A stretch of DNA of 20,090 bases from Bdellovibrionales bacterium (GTDB lineage Bacteria > Bdellovibrionota > Bdellovibrionia > Bdellovibrionales > JAMPXM01). Of this stretch, positions 1 to 7,633 are shown piece after piece. The notes beneath the pieces were generated by a model that worked only from the letters and a program-made list of their open reading frames with translations, searched no databases and was not told where the DNA came from. Made by a program: the position numbers and the translations under genes. The stretch spans positions 1 to 20,090 of the forward strand of contig JAYTRM010000225.1 of the NCBI GenBank assembly GCA_043746165.1. Reading direction: 5' to 3'. Each line of letters begins with the position of its first letter. Position 1 is the stretch's first letter.

Positions 1-89
1 CGCCGGCGCCTTGAGACCCAGATCACGCTTGACCGAATCGGCCGTAGCCACTTGAAGGGTCTGGGAGTTTGTCTCGTTTTGGGTTTCGC

Positions 90-851
90 TCACGGTGTAT
101 CCCCTTTTTTTAACGATAGATTTTGTGCTCGGGCCGCAATTTGCTCGAGCTCATGAATAGCTTCGGGCAATTCAACCCGGGAGGAATTCGTTTCCATGGC
201 CGCGATCGCCGCCTGCGCTTGGGCCAACGCCCCAAGTGCCTTTTCGTTTTCGTCGAGTGTTTGTTTGGCTTTATCAATCATCGGTTGAGCGGTTGCTTCT
301 CGCGCTCCGCTTACTGAGGCTTGATTGAGCGATTCGACCGCATCCCTAAGCTGCAAAAAGATTGCAGAGCCACTGATGCGAATACTGTTTTCAAATCGCG
401 AATAGCTGAGCTCGCCGGGACTTAGTTTTTCTTGGAGCAAGTGGCTTGCGTTTTTGAGACTCGCTTCGAGTCGCGCAAGCTGCGTCTGCACGCGCGCGGC
501 TTGCGGCTGAAGGGGCGGCTCTAAACACAGACTCCCGAGCCGATCACGCATTATTTTAAGTTCAGGGGGTAAGCTCATCGACTGCTCGTGCTGTGCCGTG
601 ACTTTTTTAGCAGCTTGAATTGCAAAAAATAGTGCCAAACCGCAAGCTCCGCCCGCGAGGAGCAAAAGACCATGCGTAGCGAACGCCACTGTCGCAATCC
701 CCGCACAGCCAGCAAACGCAACCATCGGTTTAGAAAACTGCCACCTTGAAGCCGGTTTGGCCGCAGGGCCCGACACAGCCGAGAGCTGACCGAGCTGCGA
801 CGGCGACGTGGATATTATTGGCAGACTGTTCGGATCTTGACTGTCGGACAT
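90..851 (-). CDS. hypothetical membrane-anchored protein: two predicted N-terminal TM helices followed by a long alpha-helical/coiled-coil region; possibly XpaC-like, not established
   Basis: The 253-aa ORF has stop TGA at 90-92 (plus-strand tca). A hydrophobic stretch MVAFAGCAGIATVAFATHGLLLLAGGACGLALFFAI is followed by a Q/A/L/E-rich helical sequence. It is divergent from the SPFH operon and shares the 852-1023 intergenic region with it. No catalytic motif was recognised. Confidence 0.6.
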   Translation of the reverse strand: MSDSQDPNSLPIISTSPSQLGQLSAVSGPAAKPASRWQFSKPMVAFAGCAGIATVAFATHGLLLLAGGACGLALFFAIQAAKKVTAQHEQSMSLPPELKIMRDRLGSLCLEPPLQPQAARVQTQLARLEASLKNASHLLQEKLSPGELSYSRFENSIRISGSAIFLQLRDAVESLNQASVSGAREATAQPMIDKAKQTLDENEKALGALAQAQAAIAAMETNSSRVELPEAIHELEQIAARAQNLSLKKGDTP

Positions 852-959
852 AACGAAAACGATGCCATAGCTTGAGTCACGAAGTCAGCTGTGAAGCTCT
901 GACGCAATCCAGCGACATTCAACTCTTTCGATTTGATGAATCGAGTTGGGGTTTTTCAT

Positions 960-988
960 TTGGCAGAAGGCGTTTTGATCTCTATTCT
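960..988 (+). promoter_or_regulatory. candidate sigma70-type promoter: TTGGCA (960-965), 17-bp spacer, TATTCT (983-988)
   Basis: Read directly in the sequence. It is 5/6 to the -35 consensus and 4/6 to the -10 consensus with optimal 17-bp spacing. The predicted TSS of about 995 lies upstream of RBS AAGGAAG (1012-1018) and ATG 1024. Confidence 0.35.
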
Positions 989-1023
989 TTGCCAATTAGA
1001 CAGTGTTGATAAAGGAAGACCGT

Positions 1024-2001
1024 ATGGGCATCATGAGTTTTCTTCGCGGGCAAATGATCGACAACATCGAGTGGAATGAACACGGCGACGGCGTCCTAGT
1101 TTTTAAATATCCGATGCACGACAACGAAATCCAAAACGGCGCGCAGCTCACGGTTCGCGAAACCCAAGCCGCGATGTTTGTCAACGAGGGTCAGATCGCC
1201 GACCTCTTTGGCCCCGGTCTCCATCAAATCGCGACCAAGAATTTGCCAGTTTTGACGGCACTCAAGAGTTGGGAGCGAGGTTTCTCTTCGCCCTTTAAAT
1301 CTGATATTTTCTTCTTTAGCCTTCGTGAACAGGTCAACCAGAGGTGGGGGTCGCAGCAACCGATCGCGATTCGTGACAAAGAGTTAGGACCAATCCGAAT
1401 TCGCGCTTTTGGCAGCTTTTCGTACCGGATCAACGATCCGAAATTATTTTTTAAGAAACTGAGCGGTTCGCGCGATGTGTACGGTACCGAAGATCTCGAC
1501 GGGCAATTGAAGGCTCTTATCATCACTTCACTCTCAAGCTTCTTCGGCAAAGCTGACGTGTCGTTCTTTGATATGGCGGCCAATCAGTCGAAATTTTCTG
1601 AGACGATGAAGGCCAATTTGATCGAGCCTTTTGCGGATTACGGAATGGAGCTTTGCAACTTTTATGTGCAGAGCATTTCGCTTCCTGAAGAGGTCCAGGC
1701 CCAGATCGACAAAATGGCTTCGATGCGCATGACCGGGGACTTGCAAAAATTCGCGCAGTTTCAAGGCGCCTCGAGTATTCCCATCGCGGCTGCCAACACC
1801 GGTGGAGGTGCGGCGAGCGCCGGCGTAGGTCTCGGAATTGGCATGGCAATGGCGCAAAATCTTCAATCGGCAACGACAACTGCGCCCGCTGAAGATCCGC
1901 TTCAAAAGATCAATCAGCTTCACGAGCTGTTGGTCAAAAACATCATCACGCAGGCCGAGTTCGATGCCAAAAAAGTCGAGCTCTTGAAACGGATCACTTG
2001 A
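1024..2001 (+). CDS. SPFH/band-7 family protein (COG4260-type, B. subtilis YdjI-like) with C-terminal SHOCT-like tail
   Basis: The N-terminus MGIMSFLRGQMIDNIEW..VLVFKYP..IQNGAQLTVRETQAAMFVNEGQIADLFGPG is typical of the so-called putative-virion-core / SPFH family. A Gly/Ala-rich linker follows, and the C-terminal LLVKNIITQAEFDAKKVELLKRI resembles a SHOCT domain. The ORF track starts at GTG 1003. ATG 1024 is preferred here because AAGGAAG sits 5 nt upstream and the putative TSS is at about 995. Confidence 0.8.
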   Translation: MGIMSFLRGQMIDNIEWNEHGDGVLVFKYPMHDNEIQNGAQLTVRETQAAMFVNEGQIADLFGPGLHQIATKNLPVLTALKSWERGFSSPFKSDIFFFSLREQVNQRWGSQQPIAIRDKELGPIRIRAFGSFSYRINDPKLFFKKLSGSRDVYGTEDLDGQLKALIITSLSSFFGKADVSFFDMAANQSKFSETMKANLIEPFADYGMELCNFYVQSISLPEEVQAQIDKMASMRMTGDLQKFAQFQGASSIPIAAANTGGGAASAGVGLGIGMAMAQNLQSATTTAPAEDPLQKINQLHELLVKNIITQAEFDAKKVELLKRIT

Positions 2002-2004
2002 CGG

Positions 2005-2649
2005 ATGAAGAAATTTTCCTGTCCTTCTTGCGGCGCTGAAGTTTTAATTCAATCAACGGCTACGATTTTCACCGTCTGTAAATACTGCAAGTCAACTCTT
2101 GTCCGTAAGGATACGGATCTTGAGTCGATTGGCAAAATGGCCGATCTTAAAGAAGATGCGTCTCCCCTACAAATCGGAACCTCGGGCAAATACCGAGCAG
2201 CGGGACTTGTTGCCAGCGACTTTCTCGTCATCGGTCGCGTTCGCGTCAGTTGGGAAGATGGCTTTTGGAACGAGTGGTTTGTACGCTTTGACGACGGTCT
2301 TGGAGGCTGGTTGGCCGAAGCCCAGGGCGATTACATGCTGAGTTTTGAAGTCACCTCGCCGGTCACAGTTCCGAAGCTCACTGACCTTGAGCCCGAAAGT
2401 GAAGTGACAATTGGAAAAATCAAATACTTAGTGAGCGATATCAAAACGGTTACCTACACTTTTGCCGAGGGTGAGCTACCGTTCATAGCGCCGCAAGGTT
2501 TCAAGGGCCAATCAGTCGACCTCGAGGCCGGCGAAAATGACTTTGCGTCGATCAGCTATAGCCAAGAGGGAAACGATGTCTTCGTCGGTCACTATATAGA
2601 GTTTGATGATTTTCATTTTCAAAACCTAAGGGCGATTGATGGCTGGTGA
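2005..2649 (+). CDS. zinc-ribbon + DUF4178-like protein (YdjG/YdjH-like)
   Basis: The N-terminal 4-Cys ribbon is CPSCGAEV...CKYCKST. The downstream region is aromatic/Trp-rich (WEDGFWNEWFVRFDDGLGGWLAEAQGDY), as in DUF4178. The gene starts 3 nt after the SPFH gene stop. Confidence 0.75.
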   Translation: MKKFSCPSCGAEVLIQSTATIFTVCKYCKSTLVRKDTDLESIGKMADLKEDASPLQIGTSGKYRAAGLVASDFLVIGRVRVSWEDGFWNEWFVRFDDGLGGWLAEAQGDYMLSFEVTSPVTVPKLTDLEPESEVTIGKIKYLVSDIKTVTYTFAEGELPFIAPQGFKGQSVDLEAGENDFASISYSQEGNDVFVGHYIEFDDFHFQNLRAIDGW

Positions 2650-3976
2650 TTCCGATTCTAACCCGTCTAACCCGTCTGCCAAGACCATGCCCGCGCCACC
2701 GCCCGTCCAGCCAAGCGCGGGTTTGACGAGTTTCTCGTGCCCCTCATGTGGCGCCGCCGTCGTTTTGCACGCGGCCGGCGCGACTCTGACCGCGGCCTGT
2801 TCGGCTTGCGGCGCTATTTGCGACAATACCAACGGCACCTACACGCTTGTCTCAAAGTCACTTGCCAAGCAGACCATAAGACCTGCGATCGCTCTCGGCA
2901 CAAAAGGAAAACTCCGCGGGCAGCTTTACCAAGTGATTGGCTTCATGGTGCGCTCCGAAGAGAATTACCCTGACCAGGCTTGGGCCGAATATCTGCTCTA
3001 CAATCCGTATTTAGGTTTTGCCTGGCTGTCGGTTTACAATGGACACTGGACGCTTTACAAAACCACGAAAAATCAACCCAAAATGCTGCCCAACCGGCGC
3101 AGCTACACCTTTCACGGTGAGACCTACTCCGTATTTCACAACGCCACGGCTGTCGTGCGCTATGTGATCGGAGAATTTTACTGGCAAGTGCGCTCGGGTG
3201 AGAAAGTTAAGACTCTCGACGCAATTCACCCTCCACACATCATCTCTCGCGAACTAAGCGATGGCGAAAACGTTTGGTCGTTCGGCGACTACATCCGTAT
3301 CGATGAAATCAAAGCGGCGTTTAATCCGTCACCGCTGATCGCTCCGCTCGGCGTCGCCCCGAACCAACCCACTGAGACCGGTCGTGTCTCGATGAACTGG
3401 CTGATTTTCGCGCTCGCCGTAATCTTGCTTTTTCTAGCGCAGATTTATGGGCCGGCCTTCAAAGAACAAAAGGCGGTCGCTTCGCAGCGATTGATCGTTC
3501 CGGCCACGGGTTTGCATGACACCGAGATCGCCGGTTTTTCAAATCCCGAAAATTCGAGCCACGCAGTCATCCGGATCCGGGCTGACGTCAGCCAATCTTA
3601 CGTCACCGTCAATCTTCGCCTCGTTTCAGATGATCCTGGCAATACGACGGTCCACGAGTTTGAAAAAGATTTTTCTTATTACGAAGGCTACGAAGACGGC
3701 GAGCACTGGAGCGAAGGCGACAGTTCGTCAGAGTTTCTCATCAACGCGTTGCCACGCGGTCATTACCGAGTTCTCTTGAGCGCAACACCTGAGCCGGGAC
3801 ACAATGCGCTTCTCACGACGGAGGTCAATCTTGCGCCGCACGTTTGGTCGAATTTCTGGCTTGCAGTGTTTATCCTCCTCATCTATCCGGCTTGGATGGC
3901 ATTAAAATCAAGGTCGTTTGAACACCGCAGATGGGATGACAGCGAGTTCAATCCATTTGAAAAAGAAGATGATTAA
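2639..3976 (+). CDS. zinc-ribbon + DUF4178-like membrane protein, longer paralog with two TM segments and an extra C-terminal domain
   Basis: A Pro-rich N-terminus is followed by CPSCGAAV...CSACGAIC and a DUF4178-like region (QAWAEYLLYNPYLGFAWL, GEFYWQV). There is a TM at about residues 250-270 (WLIFALAVILLFLAQIYG), a roughly 110-aa domain, a second TM (FWLAVFILLIYPAWMAL) and an acidic tail. The ORF track start TTG 2636 is immediately followed by ATG 2639. The gene overlaps the upstream gene by 11 nt. Confidence 0.75.
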   Translation: MAGDSDSNPSNPSAKTMPAPPPVQPSAGLTSFSCPSCGAAVVLHAAGATLTAACSACGAICDNTNGTYTLVSKSLAKQTIRPAIALGTKGKLRGQLYQVIGFMVRSEENYPDQAWAEYLLYNPYLGFAWLSVYNGHWTLYKTTKNQPKMLPNRRSYTFHGETYSVFHNATAVVRYVIGEFYWQVRSGEKVKTLDAIHPPHIISRELSDGENVWSFGDYIRIDEIKAAFNPSPLIAPLGVAPNQPTETGRVSMNWLIFALAVILLFLAQIYGPAFKEQKAVASQRLIVPATGLHDTEIAGFSNPENSSHAVIRIRADVSQSYVTVNLRLVSDDPGNTTVHEFEKDFSYYEGYEDGEHWSEGDSSSEFLINALPRGHYRVLLSATPEPGHNALLTTEVNLAPHVWSNFWLAVFILLIYPAWMALKSRSFEHRRWDDSEFNPFEKEDD

Positions 3977-3990
3977 TATCGGGAGTCGTG

Positions 3991-4221
3991 ATGGCCGCAA
4001 ATGATACAGAAAAAAAAGAAGACCTTCCGAAGCCTCCCAGGCCGCAAACTCCGCGAAGCGTTTTGATCTATGCTGTCTTTTGCCTTGTCGTTGCGAGCGC
4101 GATGGCGGTGGCCAACCGCCGCGGATGGTTCCCAACTTATGGAATTTTTTCTGGTGAGAATTCAATGCACTCGCACTACCGCCCGATCTATTACGGCGGC
4201 TACGGCATTCATGGAAAATAA
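3991..4221 (+). CDS. small single-TM membrane protein, unknown function
   Basis: 76 aa. GGGAG (3981-3985) lies 5 nt upstream of ATG 3991. The N-terminus is charged and Pro-rich, followed by one hydrophobic helix (VLIYAVFCLVVASAMAVA) and a Tyr/Gly-rich tail. Support is weaker because the protein is small and has no recognisable family. Confidence 0.5.
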   Translation: MAANDTEKKEDLPKPPRPQTPRSVLIYAVFCLVVASAMAVANRRGWFPTYGIFSGENSMHSHYRPIYYGGYGIHGK

Positions 4222-4243
4222 ATTTTAAAGGAGTAGACTCAAA

Positions 4244-4462
4244 ATGGAAATCATCATGAACCCCGGTACCATCCTCAACGCCGTCATTTTCTCGATGATC
4301 GGTCTCTGTCTTTTCGGCTTCGGCTTTTGGATCATCGACCGTTTCACGCCCTATCATTTATGGAAAGAGGTGATCGAAGAAAAAAATATCGCCCTGGCGA
4401 TTATCGTCGGCGCTATCTCGATCGGCCTCTGCAACATTATCGCCGCCGCGATTAACGGCTAA
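4244..4462 (+). CDS. DUF350-like small two-TM membrane protein (E. coli YjfL-like)
   Basis: 72 aa. AGGAG (4229-4233) precedes ATG 4244. It has two hydrophobic helices separated by a WKEVIEEKNIALAI amphipathic segment, which is the size and pattern of the DUF350 family. Confidence 0.7.
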   Translation: MEIIMNPGTILNAVIFSMIGLCLFGFGFWIIDRFTPYHLWKEVIEEKNIALAIIVGAISIGLCNIIAAAING

Positions 4463-4470
4463 CTGCGTCA

Positions 4471-5973
4471 ATGGCTGTTCTTTTTCTCATCTCAGCTTTT
4501 GTCGTTTCGACCTGCGGGCTCATCTACGAACTGGTCAGCGGCGCTCTGGCCAGCTACCTGCTCGGCGATTCAGTCACTCAGTTTTCGATCGTGATCGGCG
4601 TTTATCTCTTTGCGATGGGGCTTGGCTCATACTTGACGCGTTTTGTCCGCGGCAACCTCGCTCTGACTTTTGTTTCGATCGAAATCGTGGTCGGTGTGGT
4701 CGGCGGCTTTTCGTCCGCCGCACTTTTCTTGCTCTTTGCTCACGTCACGCATTTTCGCGTGGCGCTTTACTTCTTTGTCACTCTTTCTGGCGCTTTGGTC
4801 GGTGCCGAAATTCCATTACTTCTCAGAATCTTGCAAGACCAGTTTGAATTTAAAGAACTCGTCGCCAAAGTTTTTGCCTTTGACTACGTCGGGGCGCTGA
4901 TTGCCTCGGTTCTCTTTCCTCTCTTATTTATTCCGCACCTGGGCATGATCCGCACGAGCTTCTTTTTCGGCATGCTTAACGTCACAGTCGCGCTCGTGAG
5001 CATTCACGTCCTTGGGAAGAAATCGCGAGGGTTCCTGGTGCTGCGCGGAAGCGCGCTCACCGCACTTATTGCACTGGTGATCGGATTTATTTATTCGGAA
5101 AAACTCGAATCATTCGCCGAGGCCTCGGTTTTTCCTGGTCAGGCAGTTTTCGCAAAGACGACGAGCTACCAGCGCATCTTGATCACGCGGCAAGAAAACG
5201 ACATTCGACTTTTTCTCAATTCGCATCTGCAATTTAGCTCGCGCGACGAGTACCGCTACCACGAAGCCTTGATTCACCCGGGCCTGAGCTCGATTGCTAA
5301 ACCCGAGCAAGTTTTGGTACTCGGCGGTGGCGACGGTATGGCCGTGCGAGAAATCCTCAAAGAGTCCGCTGTCAAAGCCGTCACCTTGGTGGATCTCGAC
5401 GGCGAGATGACTAAGATTTTTTCAACTCTTGATTTTCTTCGCAAGCTCAACGGCAGCTCATTTACTGATCCGCGCGTGACCGTGATCAACGACGATGCGT
5501 TTTTATGGCTTAAGGTTCATCCCGAAAAAAAATTCGACTTTATCGTTTTGGATTTTCCGGATCCCGCCAATTACTCAATTGGCAAGCTCTACACTCTCAC
5601 TTTCTTTCGGCTGCTCCGCGAGGCTTTGGCAGACGGTGGACGGGTTGTCATTCAAAGCACCTCTCCCCTTGCCGCGCGTAAGTCTTACTGGTGCGTGGCC
5701 CATACGCTAGCGGCGGCCGGTTTTTCAGTCGTAACGCCTTACCATACTTACGTACCTTCGTTTGGCGAGTGGGGATTTGTTATGGGTTCCGAAACGCCAT
5801 TTCAACCTTCGCGTCTGGTGCCAGGCCTTAAATTTATCAGGCCTGAGTCGATCGCGGCGCTGCTTGAATTTCCGCTCGACATGGCCGAAGTCCCGACTGA
5901 GATCAATCGCCTCAACAACCAGGCGCTGGTTCGCTACTACGAAGCCGAGTGGTCAGAATTCATGGTGAATTGA
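4471..5973 (+). CDS. speE: polyamine aminopropyltransferase (spermidine/spermine synthase family) fused to an N-terminal polytopic membrane domain
   Basis: The C-terminal half carries the spermidine-synthase signature LVLGGGDGMAVREIL, DLDGEM and FDFIVLDFPDP. The first roughly 210 aa contain about 7 hydrophobic helices. The gene starts 8 nt after the DUF350 gene stop. Confidence 0.85.
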   Translation: MAVLFLISAFVVSTCGLIYELVSGALASYLLGDSVTQFSIVIGVYLFAMGLGSYLTRFVRGNLALTFVSIEIVVGVVGGFSSAALFLLFAHVTHFRVALYFFVTLSGALVGAEIPLLLRILQDQFEFKELVAKVFAFDYVGALIASVLFPLLFIPHLGMIRTSFFFGMLNVTVALVSIHVLGKKSRGFLVLRGSALTALIALVIGFIYSEKLESFAEASVFPGQAVFAKTTSYQRILITRQENDIRLFLNSHLQFSSRDEYRYHEALIHPGLSSIAKPEQVLVLGGGDGMAVREILKESAVKAVTLVDLDGEMTKIFSTLDFLRKLNGSSFTDPRVTVINDDAFLWLKVHPEKKFDFIVLDFPDPANYSIGKLYTLTFFRLLREALADGGRVVIQSTSPLAARKSYWCVAHTLAAAGFSVVTPYHTYVPSFGEWGFVMGSETPFQPSRLVPGLKFIRPESIAALLEFPLDMAEVPTEINRLNNQALVRYYEAEWSEFMVN

Positions 5974-5974
5974 G

Positions 5975-7633
5975 ATGCTATCGCGCCGCCAAGCTTTAAA
6001 GCAGATCACCGCGTTTGCTGCGCTCGTAGCTGGTGGTTTGACTCTGGTAAAACGTAAGAAACCAAGCGAGACTGATTTTCCAGTCAGACTTCTCGGCCCA
6101 ACATTAGCCGCCGGGCACCGCCTACGAAGCGGCGATAAATTTCCCGAGCCAAGTGCTACCCGCAAAGCTCAAGTCGTGATTGTCGGAGGCGGCATTGCAG
6201 GACTTTCAGCGGCGTGGCGACTCAAGAAAAAGGGAGCTACCGATTTTCACATTTTGGAGCTAGAGCCCGAGATCGGCGGTAATTCTCGTTCGGGCAGAAA
6301 CTCCGTCAGTCGCTATCCCTGGGGCGCCCACTACGTGACCTTGCTCAGTGAAGAAGCTAGCATTGCCCGCGAGCTTCTCTCCGAACTCGGCATTATCACC
6401 AGCCATCGCGGTGAGGCGACAACTTACAACGAATACGATCTCTGTCATGCTCCTCACGAACGCCTTTACATCGCCAGAAAGTGGCAAGAGGGACTTGTTC
6501 CCAAAATCGGCACCTCAGCCGAGGACACCGAACAGACAAATGAATTTTTTAGGCATGTCGAAGAAATGCGCTTCAAAAAAGGTCGTGATCAGAAGCCGGT
6601 GTTTGCGATTCCCCTCGAATTCAGCTCGCGCGATCCGGAGCTTTTAAAATTAGATCAGATCACAATCGCCGACTACATGTGGGCTCGCGGCTGGAATTCG
6701 CAGGCGTTGCATTGGTATGTTAACTATTGCTGCCGAGATGACTACGGAACTCCTCACACGCAAACTTCGGCTTGGGCAGGACTCCATTATTTTAGCTCTC
6801 GCCGTAGTCAAAGCGAAGGCGCAGCGGGAACTTCCGTCATTACCTGGCCTGAAGGCAACGGCCGTATCGTCGACGGACTCGAGAGTTTGATTCAAGATCC
6901 CAATCAAGATCCCAATCACGAACGTATTCACCGGGGGCAAATGGCGATTCGCGTACAGAACGTAAAAAGCGGGGTGGAGGTCGACGCGCTCGATACGAAA
7001 ACTGGTCTTGTGACGCGCTGGCAGGCCCAAGCAGTCATCGTGGCTTCACCACGGTTTATCGCGGCTCGCCTCGGGCCCGAGCTCACTGATCAACAGAGCG
7101 TTTTTTTAAAAGATCTCTCTTATTCCCCATGGGTTGTCGCCAACATCACATTAAAATCCTTACCCGTGAACAATCGACCTAACCCGGGCGCTCCGCTTTC
7201 GTGGGATAACGTTATTTATCAAAACGACTCGCTCGGCTACGTCGTCGCCAATCACCAGGACACGAAAATTCACTCTGGCGAAACCGTGTGGACATATTAC
7301 CGTCCCCTCGACGCACTTTCTCCGGCCGAGGCGCGCGAGGAGGCGATCAAGCGCCAGCCATCTGAGTGGCGCGAAATAATTTTAGCCGATCTCGGCGTCG
7401 CTCATCCTGATTTGACCGAGCTCATCACCTCGATGGATGTCTGGGTCTGGGGTCACGCGATGATTCGCCCGACGCCGGGTTTTATCTGGGGCGAAACCCG
7501 CCGGGCCATGCAGAAGCCGTTGGGTAAAATTCACTTTGCCCACTCAGACATGAGCGGCCTCTCGCTTTTTGAGGAAGCCAATTTCCACGGCGCACGGGCG
7601 GCCGACGAGGTCATAAGCCATGGCCTCACCTAA
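5975..7633 (+). CDS. FAD-dependent oxidoreductase (amine-oxidase/phytoene-desaturase superfamily) with twin-arginine (Tat) signal peptide
   Basis: The N-terminus MLSRRQALKQITAFAALVAGG contains the S-R-R-x-A-L-K Tat motif plus a hydrophobic h-region. The Rossmann dinucleotide motif VVIVGGGIAGLSAAWRL is followed by an acidic residue at the end of the second beta-strand (ILELE). The gene starts 1 nt after the speE-like stop. Confidence 0.85.
   Translation: MLSRRQALKQITAFAALVAGGLTLVKRKKPSETDFPVRLLGPTLAAGHRLRSGDKFPEPSATRKAQVVIVGGGIAGLSAAWRLKKKGATDFHILELEPEIGGNSRSGRNSVSRYPWGAHYVTLLSEEASIARELLSELGIITSHRGEATTYNEYDLCHAPHERLYIARKWQEGLVPKIGTSAEDTEQTNEFFRHVEEMRFKKGRDQKPVFAIPLEFSSRDPELLKLDQITIADYMWARGWNSQALHWYVNYCCRDDYGTPHTQTSAWAGLHYFSSRRSQSEGAAGTSVITWPEGNGRIVDGLESLIQDPNQDPNHERIHRGQMAIRVQNVKSGVEVDALDTKTGLVTRWQAQAVIVASPRFIAARLGPELTDQQSVFLKDLSYSPWVVANITLKSLPVNNRPNPGAPLSWDNVIYQNDSLGYVVANHQDTKIHSGETVWTYYRPLDALSPAEAREEAIKRQPSEWREIILADLGVAHPDLTELITSMDVWVWGHAMIRPTPGFIWGETRRAMQKPLGKIHFAHSDMSGLSLFEEANFHGARAADEVISHGLT

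Noticed and set aside
1096-1923. Four minus-strand ORFs of 87-129 aa inside the SPFH gene
   Set aside because: They are entirely antisense to a well-supported CDS with recognisable domains. They are Arg/Ser-rich low-complexity translations, typical shadow ORFs.
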